The notes beneath the pieces were generated by a model that searched no databases, was not told where the DNA came from, and saw only the letters and a program-made list of their open reading frames with translations. Shown one piece after another: positions 11,940 through 22,256 of a DNA stretch of 64,000 nt; the first letter of the stretch is position 1; every line of letters begins with the position of its first letter. Location: assembly GCA_010909165.1 (NCBI GenBank), contig MU008170.1, forward strand, positions 620,001-684,000. The letters are read 5' to 3'. The position numbers were made by a program, and so were the translations under genes. This DNA is from Anthoceros angustus. Taxonomy: Eukaryota; Plantae; Anthocerotophyta.

Positions 11940-13288
11940 CCGTGCTGTGTGAACGGACACGAGTCGGATGCATGTGTACAAAGATGACTAGATCCGCATG
12001 ACTGATACTCTGGGCACACAGGGGATGATCTGGATCATGATCTGGATCTGTCCGAATGTTTGCCATCAGGCAGCATCTGTGAAACGTCCCACTTGCAAGT
12101 TGCAATTAACTACTACCGTATAGTCGCCCGGATTCCTCACAGTCTGCGGCGGCATGTGAGGAATCCGGCAATAATCTTCTATGGGCCCATTCCTACAGCC
12201 CTCAATTCACAAGATCATCCTCCCACCCCGTTGGAAGGAGATGGGTCCCCATACTGTCCACTTGCAACCAAGAACTTCATCTGTGCTTCTCAACTGATCG
12301 CTGGGCTGGACACATGAGATGGTCGGTGAGTTAGTTGAACCAAGCCAAGAGCCCTGGACCCAAGCACTGTTTTTAACGGGCATGGGGGCAACATCGATGG
12401 ACGTGGCTGGATACCGTGTCTTCATGCACTGGCTGACCGGCTGGAGAGAGTGCTATGACAGCTGCTAATCTGGGAAAGGGAGGCCTGGGCACTCTTGCGT
12501 GTCGAGGCAGGATTCAGGAGGAAGAGTGATCCTCCGTGCTGCACCCGCATCGTGAACAGGACAAAAACTTCCTCCCTTTTCACGTTTGTTGTGGCGATAA
12601 AAGGGAGAGTTTGATACGAGGCCGGAACGGCAAAGTGTTTTCCAGGCTGTTAACCCACACCCACCGCACGTTGTTCTGACGACTGAGATCACCGGTGAGA
12701 GCAATGACGGTTGTTCCAACCTGTCATCGTCCCCAACCTGAACCCAACCTGAACACCTCGACGATCATCAAGGGCTTGTGAAAACAGGGAGCTGTAAGCA
12801 TGAGTGAGATATACTGAAAGGGAAGTGGTACCTCTTTCGTGTGTGAAGGATCCTGATCCTACCCAGGTGGTGGAGGGATTGGGATCCCAGGTGGTGGAGA
12901 GATGCATCCCAATCCCAGTTGGGAGGAAGCCATGCAGCCAAAACAGACGAGAAAAAGTTGTCATGAACCAATCGGCTGCGGCAAATAATTTCTGTACACT
13001 TGACGGCGTGCTGCAAATCTGCTAAGCTGAGAAAGCAATTAACATTGTGGCTCTCTCCTGTACAAAGTGTGTATGAGGGATGCCATCACAGCCTAGCAAG
13101 CATGCTGCTGCCAAGACAAGCCCTCTCTACTGGAAAGCACTTAATGTGACATACATACATGCTGATCTATGCTAACTTGGAGGGGGGAGATTGCGCCACT
13201 CACATACACTGGATCTGGCTCTTGCAAGCTCTTTTTCCGAAACCCATCTGTACAAAGTGGTCCACCACTGGCTACTGGTGGGCTGCTG

Positions 13289-13930
13289 TCACCAGTTCTC
13301 CCTCATGACTTTAGCCTTCTCCAGAATAAACTTACCCTCCTTGTACTTCTGCGAATCCTCGTAAGCCTTCTCGTACTTCCAGCCCAGAGTCTCCTCGCAA
13401 TCCATACAGGAGATGTCAGCCACAGTGTGCAGGCCCGTCATGAGGTGCCGGTCCTCCTTCTGCCCCACCTTCACATTCACAACGGTTGCGAAAAGGAAGG
13501 CCCTCCCATTTCGTCCCTGTAGCCCACTGCACGCATGTAAGAAGCAAGGAAGACCACACTGGAAAACAAACACCTTCTCCTGGGTTCTAAATGCATCAAC
13601 GACACAAAAAAAAAGCAACCAACCACACGCCCATGTTCGTTACAGGGCATGGAATTGGGCAACAAGGAAACGCAACCAGGCCACTGAATTGCCCAGCAAG
13701 CGCACCTACCCGCAGGAACCCAACATGCAAATCAGCTCAGCAAGAATTGAGGGGGCAGAATTCCATCGCAGGCCAGGCAAGCAAGCAGGCAGCGACAATT
13801 GCGCAGCACAAGGACGGATGCCCACATGGAAAGCTTTCGAGATGCAGTCATCGTGGTCGGCGATGTGGCAGCGGCAGTTGCAGCAGCTGTAGATGCGAGG
13901 ACCAGGAAGGAATTCTCGGCGCCCGTCCAT
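13289..13930 (-). CDS. Yippee-like zinc-binding protein, 2 exons (13930-13826, 13516-13289)
   Basis: [35 protein letters not shown] | GRNGRAFLF...[43 protein letters not shown], joined by a GT-AG intron. Confidence 0.95.
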
Positions 13931-14449
13931 CCGCCTGAGCCGGTCGGGCAAAGAATGCAGCCGAGACAGGAATCCGGGGAAATTCTGCAGACAGCCGGGC
14001 GGAATCACGGCAGGTTGCATGCACCAAGCTTGGCCATGGTTCACCCAGCAACGTTGTGCGCTGCGCTGCTCGCTAAGCGCTGTGGGGGGGAATTGGAGGC
14101 AGAGCTGCCGCCGCGGCAGGCTCTAAGGAAGCGGAGCCGCCATAGCAGAGGCACAGGAACAGACAGAGCTGGGCAAAGGGAAAGGCCGAGAGAGAGCCGA
14201 GACACTAGCCGCCAGAGCCTTCCCTCGCTTTTATCTTGCGTCCTCCTGTAGCACAGCCCACATGACTCTTCCAATTCTCCAATTCTGGGAAATTCGCATT
14301 TGCATCCTCCTTGCCTCGCGCCTTGGCCTTGGCCCCCGCCCCGCTTTTGAGGCGGGAGACCCTCTTTCAGCATTCAGCAAATTATGTTGTTGGGTGCTTT
14401 GGATGGGAACAGCCATCATCCACTTCCGCAAACACAGACTACCTGTTCT

Positions 14450-17098
14450 TCAGCCTCGATGACTACTAAGGGGAATCGGATGCTCCTGATCTCCAACCAC
14501 AAAGCTATGCACCAGACCGTGCATGTCGGTCCACCAGCTCTCCCCTGGCTGCTTCCACGCCCTGATTCTTTTTCGCCTGGCCTGGATCTCCTGGGCCTGC
14601 TCACACATCTGGGCACCGACGTAGATGTTGGACATCAACACATAGGCTGCAGCATCTTTCTCGTCCAGCTTCACGGCTTCAGAGAAGGCAGGACGTGCCA
14701 CCTCCACGTTGCACCACTTTCGACAAGCAGCCAGCAGGGTGTGCCAGACTGCAGGGTTAGCGTGTACTGGCATTGACCTCACCATAGCCAGCGCCTCATC
14801 CAGATGGCCTGCACGGCCCAGGAGATCCACCATGCATGTGTAATGCTCAACCGTCGGGGTGATAGTGTAGTGTGTGCTCATGGCCTGGAAGTACTCTCTG
14901 CCCTTGTTCACGAGACCTACATGACTGCATACTGTTAGTACGCTGAGGAGAGTGATTCCGACTGGCCGTATGCCATCCTCTGACATTCTCTGCACCAAGT
15001 GGAAGACTGCTGCACTGTCTGCCTGGCAGGTGTAACCTGCAATCAACGCATTCCAGGCACCGTCGTCTCTTTCGGGCAAGGCATCGAACACCTGCTGTGC
15101 ATCAAGCATGCTCCCAGACTTTGCGTACATGCTTATCAAGCTGCTGGCTACGATGACGTCGGCTTGGAGACCTTGTTCTGCAACCTGGGCATGAAGCTGT
15201 CTTCCTAGCTGCAGTGCTGCCACATTTGCACATGCCTGCAGGAGGCACACAAATGTGACGGAGTCAGGTACTGCGATGCCCTCTTGTTGCATAGCATTGT
15301 AGAGACGGAGGGCTTTCTGCCCCATGCCCTGCTGGGAGTACCCTGCTATCATGGCAGTCCATGTCACCACGTTCTTTGCATGAAGTCTGTGAAATACTGT
15401 CTGGGCATCTTCCAAGCTCCCACACTTTGCATACATGTGTACCAGACTGTTGGCTACAAACACATCAGCTGCATGTCCTTGTTCTCTTAGCTGTGCATGA
15501 AGCTGCTTCCCCTTGTCCAAGACCCGGCTGCCCACACTTGCACATGCCTGAAGAAGACACACAAATGTTATGGAATTGGGTACAGCAATGCCTCCTTCTT
15601 GCATTGCATTGTACAGGTCGAGGGCTTCCTGGCCCATTCCCTGCTGGGAGTATCCTGCGATTAAAGCAGTCCATGTCACGACGTCTTTGTGCCTTAGTCC
15701 ATCAAACACTCTCTGCGCATCCTCTAGGCTGCCACACTTGGCATACATGTTAACCAAACTGCTGGCTACAAACACATCAGGTGGGTGTCCTTGTTCTCTG
15801 ATTTGGGCATGAACCTGCTTCCCTGTCTCCAAAGATGCGGTTCCCACGCTTGCACAAGCCTGCAGGAGGCACACAAATGTGACAGAATTGGGTACCGACA
15901 TGCCTTCTTCTTGCATTGCCCTGTATAGATGAAGCGCTTCCTGCCCCTCGCCCTGCTGAGAATACCCTGCAATTAGAGCAGTCCATGTCACCACGTCTTT
16001 TTGCCCAAGTCCATCAAACAGTCTCTGTGCATCCTCTAGGCTGCCACACTTTGCATACATGTTAACCAGATTGTTGGCTACTAACAAATCAGCTTCATGT
16101 CCTCGTTCTCTAATTTGTACATGAAGCTCCCTCCCCTTCTCCAAAGCTGGGGAACCCATGCTTGCACATGCCTGCAGGAGGCACACAAATGTCACAGTAT
16201 CGGGCACAGCCATGCCATCTTCTTGCATAGCGCTGTACAGACGGAGGGCTTCCTGCCCCATATCCTGCTGGGAATACCCTGCTATCATGGCATTCCATGT
16301 CACCACATCTTTTTGAACAAGTCCATCAAACACCACCTGAGCATCCTTTAAGCTGCCACACTTTGCGTACATGTCTACGAGGCAATTACAGACAAACAAA
16401 TCAGGCTCAACCCCACTGGCCAACACATCTGCATGCACCTGTTGCCCAGCTTTCAAGTCTGATCCCCTTCCACAAGCCTGCAGGGCAGCCACAAACACGT
16501 GGCCATCTGGCTTCACATTTGACCTGCGCATCTGATCGTACAGTTCTTTGGCCTGCTTATCTTGTCCGTGTTTAACAAGGGCAGATATCATGGACGACCA
16601 CATGAAAGCATCTGGCTCGGCCACCACGGTGAACACATCCATCGCGTCTTGCAACCTGCCATGAGAAGCATACATTCGCAATATGTGGTTGCACAGGAAC
16701 GTGTCTGCCTGGTACCCTTCCTTCAATGTGAAAGCATGGACGCGCCGACCCAGAACGAGATCCTTCCTCTTTACACATTTCTTCAAGACCGTATACAACA
16801 AAGATATAGAAATGCAACATGCTGTCTGCACAAGAATCCCCAGAGCCTCAACGGCCTCAGCCAGATGGCCCTGATGACATAGGTTGCTCACGGTTTCAGC
16901 CGTTACGCCCAATTCGATTCCTGCAGGCAGGTGGAGGTTAGGATCATGATGCATGCCCCAGTTGGATCCTCTTGGACCAGGTGGCTTTTCCTTGAAAGTG
17001 CTGCAACCCGAGTGTTGAATGTTTGCAAACGGTTGCTTCCCTGAAGTCGGCTGAGCGGGAGCTGCCCCTAAAATCCATGTTAACCTCCGACGACCCAT
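14450..17098 (-). CDS. PLS-class PPR protein, E+ type with WW-type box (KQPGESWWTD) and no DYW domain; paralogue of the 5.6-11.9 kb gene
   Basis: About 6 PLS triplets, E1/E2, and an end at KQPGESWWTDMHGLVHSFVVGDQEHP. It shares the N-terminal block HDP..PAG...GxTAETVxxLCHxGxLxEAVEALG with the other PPR. First ATG at 17098; the ORF is open to 17113. Confidence 0.95.
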   Translation of the reverse strand: MGRRRLTWILGAAPAQPTSGKQPFANIQHSGCSTFKEKPPGPRGSNWGMHHDPNLHLPAGIELGVTAETVSNLCHQGHLAEAVEALGILVQTACCISISLLYTVLKKCVKRKDLVLGRRVHAFTLKEGYQADTFLCNHILRMYASHGRLQDAMDVFTVVAEPDAFMWSSMISALVKHGQDKQAKELYDQMRRSNVKPDGHVFVAALQACGRGSDLKAGQQVHADVLASGVEPDLFVCNCLVDMYAKCGSLKDAQVVFDGLVQKDVVTWNAMIAGYSQQDMGQEALRLYSAMQEDGMAVPDTVTFVCLLQACASMGSPALEKGRELHVQIRERGHEADLLVANNLVNMYAKCGSLEDAQRLFDGLGQKDVVTWTALIAGYSQQGEGQEALHLYRAMQEEGMSVPNSVTFVCLLQACASVGTASLETGKQVHAQIREQGHPPDVFVASSLVNMYAKCGSLEDAQRVFDGLRHKDVVTWTALIAGYSQQGMGQEALDLYNAMQEGGIAVPNSITFVCLLQACASVGSRVLDKGKQLHAQLREQGHAADVFVANSLVHMYAKCGSLEDAQTVFHRLHAKNVVTWTAMIAGYSQQGMGQKALRLYNAMQQEGIAVPDSVTFVCLLQACANVAALQLGRQLHAQVAEQGLQADVIVASSLISMYAKSGSMLDAQQVFDALPERDDGAWNALIAGYTCQADSAAVFHLVQRMSEDGIRPVGITLLSVLTVCSHVGLVNKGREYFQAMSTHYTITPTVEHYTCMVDLLGRAGHLDEALAMVRSMPVHANPAVWHTLLAACRKWCNVEVARPAFSEAVKLDEKDAAAYVLMSNIYVGAQMCEQAQEIQARRKRIRAWKQPGESWWTDMHGLVHSFVVGDQEHPIPLSSHRG

Positions 17099-17257
17099 TG
17101 GTCGCAGGACCACCCTCGTATTGCAAGTCCTTATATTCTTGGGGAGAATTTTTGCTGATGGGATGGTTGCAACGTGGTGGCACTCATTTCAAAATGTAAG
17201 CAATATGTTTGCGTTCAGTGTACAAATCTGGAGCTCTGAGAACTCCTCGTTCAGACC

Positions 17258-19331
17258 TCAGCCTCTTGCGCTTCTGGAGCTGGTTAACTCCACGAGTGAC
17301 AACCAGGGTCTGTGTCTCTGAACGATCTGTATAACAAGCAGAAATAACTTGAATAAGAGGCTTGACAGAAAGGCCTCTTGACACCAAAATCCAGAAGAAC
17401 ATTTGCTTTCACAACAACAGCGAGCATCATTTGTCAATTACCTCTGAGTACGGAGTCAAGGTCTCTGAGCACAAGCTCTGAATGGTGGGTGGAAGTAGAT
17501 CTGGGAATGCTTTACCAACAACCGAGTACAGCACGTTCCCTGCCAAGAAGATTGGAAGAAGCCACTTGGCCGAAGGGAAGGCATTCTCAGACAAGTACGC
17601 AGCCGCACCGTCTTCTTTAACCTGCTGTAACGAGTAGCGCTCCATGGCAACAGTCATGTATTCTTCCGTGCGTAACAGATCAGCAAGGACAACTGCATCC
17701 TGCACAAAACAGCAGCAGACATCAGGAATGGGTATTTGTAAGATGCAGCAGTGAGCTTTCTTTCAAGGTGCCTACAAACCTGCAGGGAAGAATTGCAACC
17801 TTGACCAAGAGCATTGGACATGGCATGTGCTGCATCCCCTATTAGCACTGCCTTACCCTTGGGATCGTAGAATTTGCCACAATTTACCTGCAGGAAACGT
17901 TGTCGCATGCAGAGTCACTCACAGGGAATGTTGTAGGAAAGATGTCGAACACTGTTCAGGTAGGTATCCAATACCCTCATAGTAGAAGTAGGGTGTTGCT
18001 CGATGAAAGCCTCAGCTGATTCCAGAGGGCACGTGAGTGGTGCCATATTTTTCTCTACGAATCTTTTCAGCTGCCATCAAAAAAGAGTAAGAACTGTACT
18101 CCACGCCATGAACCATGTACTCCAAGGAAAACGCTGCAAACATTGCAACCTCTAGGCTTGACGTAATTTGCAGCAGGCCAGCTGGTACAGTTTCGGGAGA
18201 CCATTCAATTAGAACAGATAGTCTATCATTTGGACTCGGGAAGCAAGCGTATCTCAAAGATTCAGACTTCCTTCCAGAAAAAGGTTTTGGAACCTGCAGC
18301 CAAAGTGGTCTAGTGGATGGAGAATCCTCGGAATCCTGCAAGGGGACACGAAAGGAGTGTACTGCTGTATCTGAAAGTTCAGCTGGCCTCGGGACATTCA
18401 GGACTTTGAACATGTATGGAGAGTTTATCTGCTGATAGTCAAATCCTCTTTGTCGAATAAACTCTTCTCTGACAACTGATCTCGCACCATCAGCGCCGAC
18501 CAGAAGATCGTACAGAACAGGCTTTTTCTGCCCCTCAACCTGCACAGTACGAGTGTTGAAATCGGCTCCCAAACACCGTGTTTCATAGTGCACCTGCAGT
18601 TTTGGTCAGAGTCATAAGTCCCATGAGACACAAGGCTTTCCCCATATAATCGGCATGTCTACCATGCCAACGTCACGATAAACCACTCCTACCTGAACCT
18701 TCTCCTCGCTGTAACGCTGCTGCAGCTGAGCTAAGAGTGCAGCAGACAGAGCTCTCTGGTTGATGAGAAGTGATGGCTTATCTGGGTTGCGTTTCAGAGG
18801 AATGCTGCGTTTTCCTGCATGGAGTACAAACTCTGAGCTCGGCATCCCGGCTGCCTGTATCAAGGGCCATAGTCCATCTACTTGCTCTATTGCATTCCGT
18901 CCACGGGCACTCAACCCAACAACATATTGCCTTATCTTGTGCCTGACACAACCACCTTCCCAATCCTGTCATTGTTTAGTAGACAACGAGCAAGGCACAG
19001 AACGCATCATCTCACATTGCCCATCAGTTTCGAGGCTGATCAGACAATCGAACTGTTGTCTGTCTCTCGAGTTTGTCAGTAAAACCCGATCTCAGGACCA
19101 AACACAAGAGAATGTCTAGCATTATAAAACAGAGCGTCAACCTTGAAGGAGTCTTTCATTTCACAGCAGATGACTAACTCTGTGCCAGGTGACATACGGT
19201 GGTAACGGAGTGCACGGATTCTGTCTAGCTTCATAGATTCGGATTGGCAAGATTGGAGCTGGTTGAGCCAAAAGAAGATGTGCCAAAAGAAGCCCTGCTG
19301 GGCCTGCGCCCACAATCACAACTCCTGCCAT
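17258..19331 (-). CDS. FAD-dependent monooxygenase (kynurenine 3-monooxygenase/UbiH-like), multi-exon
   Basis: VVIVGAGPAGLLLA (GxGxxG), YDLLVGADGARSVVR (DG motif) and LIGDAAHAMSNALGQGCNSSLQDA (GD motif). The last exon, IVQRHRPWLSLVELTSSRSARG*, is inferred from splice sites. Confidence 0.88.
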
Positions 19332-19699
19332 TTTCACCACGTGGTTGGGACGCAATTTGCCTCAGGTTCTGCGCACACTGACAGGGAGCTCAGTTTTCTT
19401 TGCATCCCAAAGCAACGAGAATGCAGGGTTCAATGATGAGAGCCCAGCATTTGATGCAGCTCCTACCTCATACCGGCATTTTGAGATGTCACTATGGCTG
19501 AAATTGTTGGGTTTGTCAGCGGAGAAGTACCTCTGACTTGCTGACCACTCCCGCAATTCAGATATCCCTGTTAGTTGCGACCAGCTTCAAGAAAGCCACC
19601 CTGCTCTAGGTCTTATGTGTCCAGTCTGCACTGCAGGGCAGGACCCTCAGGTCCATCTGTAAGGAAGTGCCGTCGTAAGGCTGAGCATTTGACACATTG

Positions 19700-20830
19700 C
19701 CATTCAGGGTTCATATCTCGCGGAATTACATGGTTGGAGGATACGTGCACCAAGGGCTGCATCACCGGCTCTCGGAGCAATGACGAAAGAAGCTCACTTC
19801 CCGCGGCATTCTGAAAGCATGCTGAGGCCTGCCTCAAGGAATGTGATCCATGCTCAATCGTTGATGCGTTTACTGGGACCACTCTCATTCTGTTCTATGG
19901 CTCGTGCGGGTGCCTGGAGAAGGAGTGAAAGCCCTCGGTAGTGTGCGATTGAAGACGGTGGTGCTTTGGAATGCCATGATCTCAGTGGATGCTCTTGACC
20001 AGCACACGCAACCCAAGGGCTTGCTACCAAATTGGGTAACGTCCCTCAGGCACACCTACGATGGGTCATTCGCTCATGTCCAGAGACTGCACTGAAGATG
20101 GATGTGTTTGTAGGGATCACAGGATGTGCCATCAGCCAGGATGTGCCGACCTAGGCCACCCCGCACTTGCACCAAATGCAGCAATAGGGCTTTGCATTCA
20201 GACAAAGTCACTACCACGACAGTACGGCTGTAGGACGAAGCCGTGGAACTTCATGCACAAATCATGAACTCGGACACAGCGGCTGTCACCAACACCCTCA
20301 AAGATTGGTATCCCCATCTAATTGTAGCCTAGCGGATGCACAGTCAGACTCTGTAAGGCAAAGAGAGGCCTCATAGCCTGAAACATTGCACATCACACTG
20401 TCAGCACGGGGATCCTACCGCTGTTTCGCACAAAGCAGATGGCATGGGTGAGACCAGACCAACCCACAATCTGTATGTTTACTGTCGCCTGCGGTCTTTT
20501 GGGTTGTCAGGCCAAAGGTGCATGACTACTCCAATCAACGTCCTACATCCTACATGTGTGGCCGAGTCCGAGATATGGAGCCCTATTTTGCTGGCAGACC
20601 CTGCACAGGACTACTGTAACACCTCACCATGCGATGCCTATCCAATATCATAGACACTCCCGTGATTCTAATTGCAGATTCCAATAATCTTGCTCATCCG
20701 ATCATCCTATAATGGGTCCCGAAATGAGAGATTCAGACAAGCTGCTGTTCAAGAGAGCAACAGAGTATAAAGAGTACGAAGCTTCACAGAGGCCATCCCT
20801 GTTAGATGCTGGTTGAGCAGTCTGAGCAGA
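19700..20830 (+). pseudogene. Highly decayed PLS-PPR pseudogene
   Basis: Ordered fragments in shifting frames with stops: DAFTGTTLILFYGSCGCLE (S), KTVVLWNAMIS (P), KGLLPNWVT, QMQQ*G, AVELHAQIMNS (L), VTNTLKDWY..SLADAQ (S), LFRTKQMAWVRPDQPTICMFTVAC, and GRVRDMEPYF..QDYC (L2-like). Boundaries are approximate. Confidence 0.7.
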
Positions 20831-20890
20831 CCAGAACAGAGAGAGCTATGTACACTGTACACTTGCCACCGTTGATCAAACGTTGGTGTT

Positions 20891-21334
20891 TCACCGGTCG
20901 AAGGTGCCTTTCTCCCCAGGCACATCTCTACCTTGAATACGTGATACGATTCTGAAGTTGTTCCTTGTAAGAGGATTCAACACCACCGGCTTACTGTTAG
21001 CCACGGTCGGCCAGCCATTATCCATCTTCCACGCGGTTGCTTCGCTCCACTCCTTAGATAGTGTCCTAGGAACGGTTCCTGTTCTCAGCCAGGTTGGAAT
21101 CAATTGGAGTCACCAGGAACCTATACGTGCAGCTTGGATAAATTTTGAGCCCATAGAAAACATGCATCGTGGCTCCAGCTCCATGCACTCCCTGGTTCCA
21201 GCATGTAAATGGTCACATGAATGAAAGAAATGCTCACCGCCAAAGATCTTCCTGTTGCGAACGAGATCCCAGTAGATGTAGGACACGACGAGGGCTCCCG
21301 TAACGGACCCCACAATCAGCCTGGTTTGCCCCAT
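20891..21334 (-). CDS. Small single-TM protein, probable plant cytochrome c oxidase subunit 4-like; exons 21334-21238 and 21078-20891
   Basis: MGQTRLIVGSVTGALVVSYIYWDLVRNRKIFG|GTVPRTLSKEWSEATAWKMDNGWPTVANSKPVVLNPLTRNNF resembles a conserved plant family (KIFGGT.P.T...EW...WP...PVVMNPISRQNF). The P..T..EW..NP pattern is COX4-like. The gene model is solid; the COX4 identity is less certain. Confidence 0.7.
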
Positions 21335-21803
21335 GATCGCTGCCTTGTTGCTTCTCTTTTGTCAATTGCAAGGCTTAGGCACAGTTGGCTTTACATACAG
21401 ATGCCACGGTCACTGGGCTCAACCCCGGTTGATTCCGGATTTTGATTGTTTGATGCAGTCTGGCAGTGGTCCGAACATACCAATTCTGTAATGGCTGCAA
21501 GCAGCCAGCAGGAGAGAGCTCCTTGGGCCGATCTTACAACTCGCTTTTAGCAACTTCTACAACTGGCTGTGACAATTTATTTTCGCGAAGGTGATTGCAA
21601 CAACGAATTCTGGCAATGGGTGCACCCCATGTCACGACTGCCGGATTCCTCTTCGTCAGGGTCAGGAGCTGGATATGGATGTGGATGCCCTTGGCTCCTA
21701 ACATGGAACCCACGTGGAAGTGCAGCTGCCCAGAAAGCTTCGGGCTGAGGAGCTCAGGGTTCTGGGTTTTCCGTGTCCTACGGTATTTTCTATCGCCCAT
21801 AAA

Positions 21804-21813
21804 AACCGTTTGA
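21804..21813 (-). promoter_or_regulatory. MSA-like (mitosis-specific activator) element upstream of APC15/Borealin
   Basis: The minus strand reads TCAAACGGTT, one mismatch from YCYAACGGYY. It is a single copy, so support is weak. Confidence 0.3.
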
Positions 21814-21924
21814 ACAGCTACAAGACGAACAGCAACGAGGTGCTGGAAGCGAAGTGTTGCGAGACGTTGAAGCAGGCAGAGCTGAGAGCAGGAACAGGAG
21901 GAGGAGGAGGAGGAAGGCACGTTA

Positions 21925-22191
21925 ATGTTTCCCCGACTGCTACCGCCCACCGTCGACGACTCCTCGTACTGGCAGATCCAGGACAGCGATGAGGCCATTC
22001 TGGCGCAGCAGGAGTCCGAGCTGGATGAGAACTTCAACGAGATCAAGACAGCCTGCGATGGCATTGTAGTCATCGGCAAAATCCCGCCAGACAACGACCA
22101 GGACGAGTACGAGCCGGATGCGGAGGACAAGGAGGCCAACAATGTGGAGGAGGATAGCGATGCTGGAGAGTTCGATCAGGAGACAGGGTAG
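21925..22191 (+). CDS. APC15: Anaphase-promoting complex subunit 15 (88 aa)
   Basis: MFPRLLP..W...EAILAQQESELDENFNEIK...IVVIGK...acidic tail ending EFDQETG, matching plant APC15 (VVIGK...EFEQETG). An in-frame upstream stop supports ATG 21925. Confidence 0.85.
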   Translation: MFPRLLPPTVDDSSYWQIQDSDEAILAQQESELDENFNEIKTACDGIVVIGKIPPDNDQDEYEPDAEDKEANNVEEDSDAGEFDQETG

Positions 22192-22256
22192 ATAGGTAGG
22201 CTGGATGGAGCTGTAGTGGTGGTGGGTTGTGGCTCTCTGACAGAAGGAAGAAGAAG

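Noticed and set aside
5599-17098. PPR genes as DYW:KP-type U-to-C editing factors
   Set aside because: Both have the PG-x-SWW box rather than KPAxA, and neither has an intact deaminase site.
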